Assembly: GCA_036264415.1 (NCBI GenBank)
Contig: DATAQZ010000058.1
Location: 5,793-69,792, forward strand
From: Rhizomicrobium sp.
GTDB lineage: Bacteria > Pseudomonadota > Alphaproteobacteria > Micropepsales > Micropepsaceae
DNA length: 64,000 nt
Direction of reading: 5' to 3'
The translations under genes were made by a program, and so were the position numbers. Positions 19,034-28,140 of the stretch are shown one piece after another. Below the pieces are notes generated by a model. It did not search any database. It saw only the letters and a list, made by a program, of their open reading frames with translations, and was not told the DNA's origin. The number at the start of each line of letters is the position of its first letter. Within the stretch, counting starts at the first letter, position 1.

Positions 19034-20080
19034 ATGCCGCCGCAACGCTGGTGGAATCCCGAAACACACGCCGATCGCACTGCGAGCCTCAGGGCGCGCG
19101 ATCGCATCAAGAAAGCACTGCGCCAGCATTTCGAGACCGCCGGCTTCGTCGAAGTGGAATGCGGCATTTTGCAGACATCGCCCGGCAACGAAGCGCATTT
19201 GCATGCCTTTGCGACCGAATTTACAGGGGCCGGTGAAGGCAAGCGGTTCTACCTTCAAACCTCACCCGAATTCGCCTGCAAAAAACTGCTTGCGGCCGGA
19301 GAGAAACGCATCTTTGAATTCGCTCGCGTGTTTCGCAACCGCGAGCGCGGGCAGCTGCATGCGCCGGAATTCACCATGCTGGAATGGTACCGCGCGAACC
19401 AGGCGTATGACGCCGTCATCAGCGATTGCCTCGACCTGCTGAAGGTCGCGGCGGGCGCAGTGCCGTCACAAACCTTTCGCTTCCGCGGGCGGGAATGCGA
19501 TCTCTTTGGTGCGCCGGAACGCCTGACCGTGGCGGAAGCGTTTCAGCGCTTCGCCGCGATCGAGCTCCTCGGTACATTGACGGCGCAAGGTGAAGGCAAT
19601 CGCGACGCGCTCGCGAACGCGGCGCGCGCAAGCGGCATCGAAGCGGCCGCCAACGATTCCTGGTCCGATCTCTTCAGCAAGATTCTGGTTGCGCGTGTTG
19701 AACCGCAGCTCGGAATCGGTACCCCGGCCATTCTGTACGAATATCCCCGATGTGAAGCCGCGCTTGCCCGCGCCTCGCTGCATGACCCGCGGGTGGCGGA
19801 ACGATTCGAGCTTTACGCCTGCGGTATCGAACTCGCGAATGGTTTCGGCGAGCTGACCGATGTCGCCGAACAGCGGCGCCGTTTCGAAACCGAAATGGAT
19901 GAGAAGGAGCGGGTGTACGGCGAGCGCTACCCGCTCGACGAGGAGTTTCTTGCCGCGCTATCGCAGATGCCGGATTCGAGCGGTGTTGCGCTCGGCTTCG
20001 ACCGGCTCGTCATGCTGTGTCTCGGCGCGCCCTCTCTCGACGACGTGATCTGGACACCGTTGCCGGACCAAATTCGCTGA
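19034..20080 (+). CDS. epmA: EF-P lysine lysyltransferase (PoxA/GenX)
   Basis: Truncated class II LysRS-like protein with [20 protein letters not shown] (motif 2) and [12 protein letters not shown] (motif 3). Divergent from efp. Confidence 0.85.
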   Translation: MPPQRWWNPETHADRTASLRARDRIKKALRQHFETAGFVEVECGILQTSPGNEAHLHAFATEFTGAGEGKRFYLQTSPEFACKKLLAAGEKRIFEFARVFRNRERGQLHAPEFTMLEWYRANQAYDAVISDCLDLLKVAAGAVPSQTFRFRGRECDLFGAPERLTVAEAFQRFAAIELLGTLTAQGEGNRDALANAARASGIEAAANDSWSDLFSKILVARVEPQLGIGTPAILYEYPRCEAALARASLHDPRVAERFELYACGIELANGFGELTDVAEQRRRFETEMDEKERVYGERYPLDEEFLAALSQMPDSSGVALGFDRLVMLCLGAPSLDDVIWTPLPDQIR

Positions 20081-20088
20081 GAGAAATG

Positions 20089-20191
20089 CCGCCTCGTCCT
20101 TCGGTCCGCCTTCGCCGAGACTTCGGCGGACATGGTCAGGGGCACTGACCGGCCGAAGCTTTGGCGTAGGCGGGCAGGCTCAGGATTGAGG
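20089..20191 (+). repeat. long palindromic intergenic element (LPE), copy 1
   Basis: CCGCCTTCGCCGAGACTTCGGCGGACA...TGACCGGCCGAAGCTTTGGCGTAGGCGGGCAGGCTCAGGATTGAGG. Homologous to four other copies in the window. Confidence 0.8.
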
Positions 20192-20213
20192 CTGTTTCAA
20201 ATCGCCTGACTCT

Positions 20214-20708
20214 CTATTGGTGCGGGGGCTGCGAATTTTCCTCCGGCGGGGGACCGTTTTCCTGTCCTTCGCCCGGAGGCGGTCCATAGCCGCCGGCCCT
20301 CGCGGCCTTCCTCTGAAGCTTGCGGCATTTGTGGGGGTGGGCTGCGCACCATTCCGCCGAATACCCCGGCGGCGCCGGGGCCATGGAGGCTGCACCCCCG
20401 GACATAGACCCGTATTCGCCACCTTGAGGCGGTGGCCCATACCCTTGTTCTTGCGGCGGCGGTCCATAGCCTTGGTTCTGCGGCGGAGGCCCATATTGCT
20501 GGCCCGGGGGAGGCGCGCCGGCGCCCTGCTCGCCGGGCGGGGGGCCGTATTCGCCACCCTGCGGCGGCGGGCCTTGTTCGTTATAGCCGGGCGGAGGGCC
20601 GTAAGCCCCTCCCGGCGCCGGCCCGTACGATTCGGGCGGGTAATAATAGCAGCCGCCGAGCACGATCGCCGCGCCGGCAAGGGCCACTGATGCAAATGAC
20701 AATCGCAT
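20214..20708 (-). CDS. Pro/Gly/Gln-rich repeat lipoprotein
   Basis: 164 aa with signal peptide and lipobox (IVLGGC), followed by GYGPPPQ-type repeats and a Cys/His C-terminal segment (WCAAHPHKC). Start taken at MRLSFASVAL. Confidence 0.65.
   Translation of the reverse strand: MRLSFASVALAGAAIVLGGCYYYPPESYGPAPGGAYGPPPGYNEQGPPPQGGEYGPPPGEQGAGAPPPGQQYGPPPQNQGYGPPPQEQGYGPPPQGGEYGSMSGGAASMAPAPPGYSAEWCAAHPHKCRKLQRKAARAGGYGPPPGEGQENGPPPEENSQPPHQ
20428..20508 (-). repeat. three tandem 27-bp coding repeats (QxQGYGPPP)
   Basis: GGCGGTGGCCCATACCCTTGTTCTTGC / GGCGGCGGTCCATAGCCTTGGTTCTGC / GGCGGAGGCCCATATTGCTGGCCCGGG, inside the lipoprotein gene. Confidence 0.7.
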
Positions 20709-20788
20709 GATTGCTGTCCTCGTTCGGAGAGGAGCCCATCCGGCCCCAAGTCTAGAGGGAACGCGCTCTGCCGCGCAAATGTCCAATC

Positions 20789-21847
20789 TCAGGCGCGATA
20801 CGACAGATTGATCTTTTCCAACATATCGGCGCCAGGGCAAAGCTCGGCTTCATCAAGTTTGTTGAGCGGCTTCGCCACGGTGTTCAGGTGTGCGTGGATG
20901 TCCTCGGGATCCGGATCGATGAACAGCAGTCCGGTGACGATCTCGCCGGCGGCATGCCGCTCCTGCAGATAGCGCAGCGCCGCAATGCGGTCGTGCGGAT
21001 CGTAATCGGCATGTAGTTTCGCCAGCTTCAGCACTGAGCCGTCGTGCTGCGTCACGGTCTCCACTGTACCAGGCGCATAATCCACACTGATCGTCTCGCG
21101 CGGCGTAATGAAATCGAGCCGGTTCACCGCCTCGTTGTGCTCACGCACATAGTCGAAGCTTTTCGTCGAGCCGGCGTGGTTGTTGAACTGCACACAGGGG
21201 CTGATCACGTCGATGACGGCGCCGCCCTTGTGCGATATCGCGGCCTTCAGAAGCGGTACAAGTTGCCTTCTGTCGCCGGAAAAACTGCGCGCCACCAAGC
21301 TCGCACCGAGGAGGAGCGCGAGGCTGACCAGATCGATGGGCGAATCGGTATTGAGTCCGCCAACCTTGCTCTTCGAACCGCGGTCGGCGGTGGCGGAAAA
21401 CTGTCCTTTTGTCAGACCGTAAACGCCGTTGTTCTCGCAGACGTATACCATGTTGATGCCGCGGCGGACGCAATGGGCGAACTGGCCGAGCCCGATCGAG
21501 GCGGAATCGCCGTCGCCAGAGACGCCCAGATAGATCAGCTCGCGATTGGCGAGATTCGCGCCCGTAAGCACCGACGGCATACGCCCGTGCACGGCGTTGA
21601 AACCGTGGCTGTTGCCGAGCAGGTAATCGGGCGTTTTGGACGAGCAGCCGATGCCCGACATCTTGGCGACGCGGTGCGGTTCGATATCGAGTTCGAAGCA
21701 GGCCTGAATCAACGAGGCGCTGATCGAATCGTGCCCGCACCCGGCGCACAGGGTGGAGATCGAACCTTCGTAGTCGCGGTGGGTGAAACCGAGGCTGTTG
21801 GTCGGCAGCCCCGGATGGCGGAGCTTTGGTTTGACGATGTAGGTCAT
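20789..21847 (-). CDS. korB: 2-oxoglutarate:ferredoxin oxidoreductase beta subunit
   Basis: 352 aa starting MTYIVKPKLRHPGLPTN. CAGCGH cluster ligands and the TPP motif GVSGDGDSASIGLGQF...VCENNGVYGLTKGQ are present. It overlaps the korA stop by 4 nt. Confidence 0.88.
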   Translation of the reverse strand: MTYIVKPKLRHPGLPTNSLGFTHRDYEGSISTLCAGCGHDSISASLIQACFELDIEPHRVAKMSGIGCSSKTPDYLLGNSHGFNAVHGRMPSVLTGANLANRELIYLGVSGDGDSASIGLGQFAHCVRRGINMVYVCENNGVYGLTKGQFSATADRGSKSKVGGLNTDSPIDLVSLALLLGASLVARSFSGDRRQLVPLLKAAISHKGGAVIDVISPCVQFNNHAGSTKSFDYVREHNEAVNRLDFITPRETISVDYAPGTVETVTQHDGSVLKLAKLHADYDPHDRIAALRYLQERHAAGEIVTGLLFIDPDPEDIHAHLNTVAKPLNKLDEAELCPGADMLEKINLSYRA

Positions 21848-23676
21848 TCGGCGGCGTGCTTTCTCTGCGCGAGCGTCATGCGCTCGGCGATCGCCTGCGT
21901 GATGAAGCGCGCCGTGATTGGCGTGCCATCGTAGTGCAGGATGGAGATGAAGCGCGCGGGATCGATCGCGCATTCGTTGACGAGCAGCTTCTGCAACTGC
22001 GCGTCGCGGTTCTGTTCGACGATGAAAACCTGGTCGTGGGCATCGACAAACGCCGAAACCTCTTCCGAAAAGGGAAATCCGCGCACGCGTAGCGTATCGA
22101 GAGGGATGCCGTCTCCATCCAGCACCGCGAGCGCTTCGTCCATGGCGATCGTGGTCGAACCGTAATAGATCACTCCGTAGCGCGTCGGCTGTTTCGCCAC
22201 CCCGCGGACCGGCTGCGGCACGAGCCCCTTCGCGGTCTCGAATTTCCGCAACAGGCGCTGCATGTTGTCGACGTACACGGATCCCTCTTCGCTGTATTTC
22301 GCGAAGCGATCGTGCGAGGAACCGCGGGTGAAGTAGGCGCCTTTCGTCGGGTGCGTGCCGGGCAGTGTGCGGTAGGGAATGGCATCGCCGTCCACATCGA
22401 GATAGCGGCCGAACACCTTGCCCGCATCGAGCTCCTCCGCCGTCATCACCTTGCCGCGGTCGTAACGGCGGCTGTCGTCCCAGGCGAGAGGCTCGCACAG
22501 CCAATCGTTCATGCCGATATCGAGATCGACCATGACGAAGATCGGCGTCTGCAGCCGGTCCGCGAGATCGAACGACAGCGCGGCGAATTCGAAGGCTTCC
22601 GCCGGATCCTTCGGAAACAGCATCACGTGCTTCGTGTCGCCGTGGCTCGCATAGGCGCACAAGAGGAGATCGGATTGCTGCGTGCGCGTCGGCATGCCGG
22701 TCGAAGGGCTGCCGCGCTGGATATCGAAAATAACCGCGGGAATTTCGGCATAGTAGGCGAGTCCGAAGAATTCCTGCATCAGCGAAATGCCGGGCCCTGA
22801 AGTCGCGGTGAACGCGCGCGCGCCGTTCCAGCCCGCGCCGATCACCATGCCGATGGCAGCGATTTCGTCTTCCGCCTGCACGATGGCGAATTTGTTCTTC
22901 TTCGTCTCGGGATCGACACGGAGTTTCCGGCAATGCGCATTGAAGGCTTCGGCAAGCGAGGTCGACGGCGTGATCGGGTACCAGGCGGCAAAAGTCGCGC
23001 CGCCATAGACGCAGCCGAGGGCCGCCGCATCGTTGCCGGCAATGAAGATGCGGTTCCCGACCGCGTCGGCTTTTTCCACCTTGAGGCCGCAGGCGCCGCC
23101 CAGATGAGTGTGCGCGTAATCATGGCCGAGCCGGAAAGCCTGTACGTTCGGCGCAATCAGCTTGTCCTTGCCTTTGAACTGCGCAGCGATCGCCGCTTCC
23201 GCCACTTCGGGTTCAATTCCCATCAGCGACGAGAGCGCGCCGACATACATGACATTCTTGAACAGCTGCCGTTGGCGTGCGTCCGTATAGGTTCGGTTGC
23301 AGATTTCCGTCAGCGGCATGCCGACGACGTTCACGTCTTCGCGGAATTTCGACGGCGGCAGCGGTTTCGTCGAATCGTAGAACAGATATCCCCCGGGATC
23401 GAGCGACGCCACGTCCTTGTCCCAGGTCTGCGGATTCATCGCGACCATGAAGTCGACGCCGCCGCGCCGTCCGAGCCAGCCGTGCCCGGCAATGCGCACT
23501 TCGTACCATGTCGGCAGGCCCTGGATGTTCGACGGAAATATGTTGCGGGTGCCGACCGGCACGCCTTTGCGCAGGACGCATTTTGCAAACAGCTCGTTTG
23601 CGCTCGCCGAACCCGAGCCGTTCACATTGCCGAACTTGACGACGAAATCGTTTGTCGAGACTATCGGCTGCGGCAT
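21844..23676 (-). CDS. korA: 2-oxoglutarate:ferredoxin oxidoreductase alpha subunit
   Basis: 610 aa starting MPQPIVSTNDFVVKFGNVNGSGSASAN, the typical fused gamma/alpha-domain KorA of two-subunit OFORs. Confidence 0.88.
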   Translation of the reverse strand: MPQPIVSTNDFVVKFGNVNGSGSASANELFAKCVLRKGVPVGTRNIFPSNIQGLPTWYEVRIAGHGWLGRRGGVDFMVAMNPQTWDKDVASLDPGGYLFYDSTKPLPPSKFREDVNVVGMPLTEICNRTYTDARQRQLFKNVMYVGALSSLMGIEPEVAEAAIAAQFKGKDKLIAPNVQAFRLGHDYAHTHLGGACGLKVEKADAVGNRIFIAGNDAAALGCVYGGATFAAWYPITPSTSLAEAFNAHCRKLRVDPETKKNKFAIVQAEDEIAAIGMVIGAGWNGARAFTATSGPGISLMQEFFGLAYYAEIPAVIFDIQRGSPSTGMPTRTQQSDLLLCAYASHGDTKHVMLFPKDPAEAFEFAALSFDLADRLQTPIFVMVDLDIGMNDWLCEPLAWDDSRRYDRGKVMTAEELDAGKVFGRYLDVDGDAIPYRTLPGTHPTKGAYFTRGSSHDRFAKYSEEGSVYVDNMQRLLRKFETAKGLVPQPVRGVAKQPTRYGVIYYGSTTIAMDEALAVLDGDGIPLDTLRVRGFPFSEEVSAFVDAHDQVFIVEQNRDAQLQKLLVNECAIDPARFISILHYDGTPITARFITQAIAERMTLAQRKHAAE

Positions 23677-25502
23677 GACGAGGCCTGCGCGGTTTCAAGA
23701 TAGAATTTCTTCATGTCCCAGGCGCCGGTCGGGCAGCGTTCGGCGCAAAGTCCGCAGTGAAGACACACGTCTTCGTCCTTTGCCATGATGCGGCCGGTCT
23801 TCAGAATGTCGGAAACGTACAGATCTTGAGTTCGGTTTGGCGCCGGCGCGGTCAGCCGCTGCCTGAGATCGTCCTCGCTGCCGTTCGGGGTGAAGCTGAT
23901 GCAGTCCATCGGGCAGATATCGACGCAGGCGTCGCACTCGATGCAGATGTCCTTTTCGAACACCGTCTCGATGTCGCAATTGAGACAACGCTGCGCTTCG
24001 AGATAGCCGAGTTTCGGATCGAAGCCGAGCTCGACCTCGACTTTCACGTTGCGGAGCGTCACATCCCTCGGCGCGTGCGGGACCTTGTACCGCAGATCGA
24101 GCGAAACGTCGTTGTCGTAGCTCCATTCGTGAATGCCCATCTTTTGGCTCAGCAGATTGACGAGCGGCGGCGGGCGGAGCTTCACGTCGTCGCCGTTGCA
24201 GAGCAGGTCGATCGAGATTGCCGCTTCGTGGCCGTGCGCCACCGCCCAGATGATGTTCTTCGGGCCGAATGCCGAATCGCCGCCGAAGAAGATCTTGGGA
24301 TTGGTGGATTGCATGGTGACGGGATCGACTTTGGGCATGTCCCAGCGGTCGAATTCGATGCCGATATCGCGTTCGATCCAGGGAAAGGCGTTCTCCTGGC
24401 CCACGGCGACCAGCACATCGTCGCATTCCATGATCACGTCCGGCTCGCCGGTGGCGACGAGATTGCGGCGGCCTTTTACGTCGTAATCCGCCTTCACTTT
24501 TTCGAACAGCACTCCGGTGAGCTTGCCGTTGCTGTGAAGGAATTCCTTGGGAACCAGGAAATTGTGGATCGGAATGCCTTCCGCCATGGCGTCTTCTTTT
24601 TCCCAGGGGGACGCCTTCATCTCCTCGAAGCCCGAACGCACCACCACGCGCACGTCTTCTCCGCCCAGCCGGCGCGAGGTGCGGCAGCAATCCATCGCGG
24701 TGTTGCCGCCGCCGAGCACGATCACGCGCTTTCCGATTTTTTCGATATGACCGAAAGAGACGCTGGCAAGCCAGTCGATGCCGATATGGATGTTCGCCGC
24801 TGCGTCCTGGCGGCCGGGAATCTCGAGATTGCGGCCGCGCGGCGCACCACAGCCGACAAAGATCGCGTCATAGTTTTCGGCAAGGAGCGTCTTCAGGCTG
24901 TCGATGCGCTCGCCGAGCCGGAGTTCCGGCTCCAGATTCAAAATGTAATTGCATTCTTCGTCCAGCACCCTTTCCGGCAGACGGAACTTCGGAATCTGCG
25001 TTCGCATCATTCCGCCGGCGAGCTTGTCCTGATCGTACAGAACGCAAGTGTAGCCGAGCGGCAGAAGATCGCGCGCGACGGTCAGCGAAGCCGGGCCCGC
25101 GCCGATGAGAGCAATGCGCTTCCCGTTCTTCTCTCGTGCCGCCTGCGGCAACAGCTCGCGAATGTCATCTTTGTTGTCGGCGGCGACGCGCTTCAGCCGG
25201 CAGATCGCGACCGGTTCCTTCTCGACGCGACCGCGCCGGCAGGCGGGCTCGCACGGACGATCGCAAGTGCGTCCGAGAATTCCGGGAAACACGTTCGATT
25301 CCCAGTTGATCATGTAGGCGTCGGTGTAACGTCCCGCGGCAATCAGCCGGATGTATTCGGGGACCGGCGTGTGCGCCGGGCAGGCCCACTGGCAGTCGAC
25401 GACCTTGTGGAAGTAATCGGGGTTATTGGTGTCGGTCGGCGGCATGCCGGGCTGGCGGGAAGGCTTGGGAATCGTCGACCCCTCGGCCGGGACAGCACTC
25501 AT
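23661..25502 (-). CDS. GltD-like NAD(P)H-dependent FAD oxidoreductase fused to a 2x[4Fe-4S] ferredoxin domain
   Basis: N-terminal Cys cluster (CQWACPAHTP, CDRPCEPACRRG), GAGPASL and GGGNTAMDC dinucleotide folds, and C-terminal CLNCD...CIECDACVDICP and CLHCGLCAERCP. It overlaps the korA start by 16 nt. Confidence 0.8.
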   Translation of the reverse strand: MSAVPAEGSTIPKPSRQPGMPPTDTNNPDYFHKVVDCQWACPAHTPVPEYIRLIAAGRYTDAYMINWESNVFPGILGRTCDRPCEPACRRGRVEKEPVAICRLKRVAADNKDDIRELLPQAAREKNGKRIALIGAGPASLTVARDLLPLGYTCVLYDQDKLAGGMMRTQIPKFRLPERVLDEECNYILNLEPELRLGERIDSLKTLLAENYDAIFVGCGAPRGRNLEIPGRQDAAANIHIGIDWLASVSFGHIEKIGKRVIVLGGGNTAMDCCRTSRRLGGEDVRVVVRSGFEEMKASPWEKEDAMAEGIPIHNFLVPKEFLHSNGKLTGVLFEKVKADYDVKGRRNLVATGEPDVIMECDDVLVAVGQENAFPWIERDIGIEFDRWDMPKVDPVTMQSTNPKIFFGGDSAFGPKNIIWAVAHGHEAAISIDLLCNGDDVKLRPPPLVNLLSQKMGIHEWSYDNDVSLDLRYKVPHAPRDVTLRNVKVEVELGFDPKLGYLEAQRCLNCDIETVFEKDICIECDACVDICPMDCISFTPNGSEDDLRQRLTAPAPNRTQDLYVSDILKTGRIMAKDEDVCLHCGLCAERCPTGAWDMKKFYLETAQASSCRSR

Positions 25503-25744
25503 CGTTTCGAACAATCTCCGTGGCGGTCGCACCGGTCGGCGACTGCGCTCTCAAGCGGGCGGGAAAGTCTTCCCGGCGCCCGTCTAGCCCCTGAATCGGG
25601 CGATATTAAGCTCCAAGACGGGGCGTGCAATTGCAGATTTCGCGCGCAAATGCAAAAACCGCCGCCCCGGAAGCCAATCCCCGCCATTGTCTATGTCGCA
25701 GGTTAAGGCTGGCTGAACCGGCACGCGCCGACCAGGAGCCTCCG

Positions 25745-26911
25745 TTGGACATCTCGCTCTCCGACGAACACCGCGCCATCGATGAGAACGTCAGCCGCAT
25801 CTGCGCGCGGTTCAGCGACGCCTATTGGACGGAATGCGACCAGACGCCGCGTTTCCCGGAGGAATTCCATCGCGCAATGGCGGAAGCGGGCTGGCTCGGC
25901 ATCACCATGCCGACGGAGCTGGGCGGTGCGGGCCTCGGCGTCACCGAAGCCGCCATAATGATGCACGCTGTGACGCGCGGCGGCGGCGGCTTTTCGGCGG
26001 CTTCGACGATTCACGTCAATCTCTTCGGGCCGCATGCCGTTGTCGTGCACGGCTCGGAAGAACAGAAGCGCCGCTGGCTGCCGCCGCTCATCGAGGGCCG
26101 CGAAAAAGTCTGCTTCGGCGTGACCGAACCGAATGCCGGTCTGGATACGACGAATATTGAAACTTTTGCGCGCCGTACAAACGAAGGCTACGTCGTGCGC
26201 GGGCGGAAGATGTGGACGACGACGGCGCTCGAGGCCGACAAGATCCTTCTGCTCACGCGCACCACCCCGCGGAACGAATGCAGGAAAGCCTCGGAGGGGA
26301 TGACGCTGTTCTACACCGATCTCGACCGCTCGAAAGTCGAAGTGCGGCGGATCGAAAAGATGGGCCGGAGTGCTGTCGATTCCAATGCGGTGTTCATCGA
26401 CGATCTGTTCGTCCCCGACGAGGATCGCGTCGGCGAAGAAGGAAAAGGCTTCCGTTATCTGCTCGACAGCCTCAACCCGGAACGCATACTGATCGGCATC
26501 GAAGCGGTTGGCCTGGGACGCGATGCGCTGGCGCGTGCGAGCGCCTACGGGCGTGAACGGCGCGTGTTCAACCGCCCGATCGGCCAGAACCAGGGCATCC
26601 AGCATCCTCTGGCCGAAAACTGGGCGGCGCTGGAAAGCGCGTACTGGATGTGTCTGCGCGCGGCGCAGCTGTACGATTCAAGGCGCCCCTGCGGCGCGGA
26701 AGCCAACGCGGCGAAATTCCTGGGCGCGCGCGCGGCCTTCGATGCGGCGACGCGCGCAGTTTTGACCCATGGCGGTATGGGGTACGCGCGCGAATACCAG
26801 GTCGAGCGGCTGTTCCGCGAAAGCATTTTGACGCGCATCGTGCCGGTGACGGAGCAGCTCATCCTCTCCTTCATCGCCGAAAACGTGCTCGACCAACCGA
26901 AATCATACTGA
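25745..26911 (+). CDS. acyl-CoA dehydrogenase
   Basis: 388 aa from a TTG start preceded by AGGAG (MDISLSDEHRAIDENV). Typical ACAD blocks are present, including the C-terminal GGMGYAREYQVERLFRES. Confidence 0.85.
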   Translation: MDISLSDEHRAIDENVSRICARFSDAYWTECDQTPRFPEEFHRAMAEAGWLGITMPTELGGAGLGVTEAAIMMHAVTRGGGGFSAASTIHVNLFGPHAVVVHGSEEQKRRWLPPLIEGREKVCFGVTEPNAGLDTTNIETFARRTNEGYVVRGRKMWTTTALEADKILLLTRTTPRNECRKASEGMTLFYTDLDRSKVEVRRIEKMGRSAVDSNAVFIDDLFVPDEDRVGEEGKGFRYLLDSLNPERILIGIEAVGLGRDALARASAYGRERRVFNRPIGQNQGIQHPLAENWAALESAYWMCLRAAQLYDSRRPCGAEANAAKFLGARAAFDAATRAVLTHGGMGYAREYQVERLFRESILTRIVPVTEQLILSFIAENVLDQPKSY

Positions 26912-26941
26912 CCGTCAATTTGCAGTCTATGGGCCTCGATT

Positions 26942-27322
26942 TTAATGTTGCGTCAGGCTCAGAATGTTGCCGTCGGGATCGAGAAACCAGGCAACACGCG
27001 CGGTTTTGTCCGGCGATGTCCAAATTGCGTCTGCGTCCTGACCGAATCCCTGGATAATCTGGAACGCCACACCTTTTTCTTTTAGCGCGCGTACGGCAGC
27101 GACGATGTCCGCGACCACCCAGCCGAGGGCGGTAAAGCGGCGCGGCTCGAAATCCTTCAGCTCCGAAATGCGCAACGTCTTTTCGTCCGTCTCTAGTACC
27201 AGCGCAAACGGGTCCTCGCTGATGTATTTCAGGCCGAGAGTGTCGCAATAGAAAGCTTTCGCCTTCGCGCGATTGCGCGTGCCGAGAAAAGTCACCACTC
27301 TTGCTGAATCCGGTAGTGTCAT
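26942..27322 (-). CDS. VOC/glyoxalase family protein
   Basis: 126 aa with single VOC-fold features (FYCDTLGL, WFLDPDGNILSLTQ). Confidence 0.75.
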   Translation of the reverse strand: MTLPDSARVVTFLGTRNRAKAKAFYCDTLGLKYISEDPFALVLETDEKTLRISELKDFEPRRFTALGWVVADIVAAVRALKEKGVAFQIIQGFGQDADAIWTSPDKTARVAWFLDPDGNILSLTQH

Positions 27323-27354
27323 GGGGGTTCCCGTTCGGAGTGCCAGCCTTACTT

Positions 27355-27487
27355 TTCGATCCGCCTCCGCCGAGACTTCGGCGGACACAGTCTGGGCATT
27401 GACCCGCCGAAGCTTTAGCGTAGGCGGGCAGGCCCGGTGTGAGGGTCTATGTTTAGTCCTTCATGCTGGGCCTGTCGAAGCATGAAG
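27355..27487 (+). repeat. LPE copy 2 followed by a short conserved-loop hairpin with an alternative stem
   Basis: TTCGATCCGCCTCCGCCGAGACTTCGGCGGACA...CCGCCGAAGCTTTAGCGTAGGCGGGCAGG, then TCCTTCATGC-TGGGCCTGTCGAA-GCATGAAGGA. Confidence 0.8.
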
Positions 27488-27504
27488 GAGAACAGGTGTC
27501 GCAT

Positions 27505-27957
27505 ATGCCGGGTCTTCATTTCGAGGAATTTTCGGTCGGGCAAATTTTTCAACACCCCATCCGACGAACCGTGACGGAAGCCGACAATGTGTTCTTCAGC
27601 GCGCTCACCCACAACCCGGCCCGGCTGCACCTTGACGAGGAATACGGCAAGACGACGGAGTTCGGTACACGCATCGTCAATTCGCTGTTCACGCTTGGGC
27701 TGATGATCGGAATTTCCGTCGGCGAGACGACGCTCGGCACCACGGTGGCCAACCTCGGCATGGACGAAGTGCGTTTCCCGAAACCCGTGTTGCATGGCGA
27801 CACGCTGCGCATCGAGAGCGAGGTGCTCGAGCTGCGGGAATCAAAATCCCGCCCGCAGAACGGCATCGTCGTTTTCGCCCACCGCGCGTACAATCAGCGG
27901 AATGAACTGGTGGCTTCGTGCAAGCGTACAGCGCTGATGCTAAGAAGACCAGGATGA
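27505..27957 (+). CDS. MaoC-like (R)-specific enoyl-CoA hydratase/dehydratase
   Basis: 150-aa single hotdog domain ([30 protein letters not shown]). Confidence 0.8.
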   Translation: MPGLHFEEFSVGQIFQHPIRRTVTEADNVFFSALTHNPARLHLDEEYGKTTEFGTRIVNSLFTLGLMIGISVGETTLGTTVANLGMDEVRFPKPVLHGDTLRIESEVLELRESKSRPQNGIVVFAHRAYNQRNELVASCKRTALMLRRPG

Positions 27958-28140
27958 GAACTTTGCACGCGGAGACGCGGAGGCGCGGAGCAAAATTTTT
28001 GAACATTCTTGCCAAGACGGCTGGGCGCACTTGCGCGCGGCAAAAATCCGGGCTCGTGTTGTGATTCGAAGATTTCCGCGCCTCCGCATCGTCGCGTGCA
28101 ATTTCATGAGGCAGAGGAAAATGCCTGGCGAATTTGCGTC

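Noticed and set aside
25626-25660. The palindrome TGCAATTGCA and nearby AAATGCA in the korABC/acd divergent region, considered as a possible Fur/Mur- or FixK-type operator.
   Set aside because: It does not fit TTGAT-N4-ATCAA or any consensus I can state precisely. A 10-bp AT-centred palindrome could occur by chance, and there is no second copy in the window.
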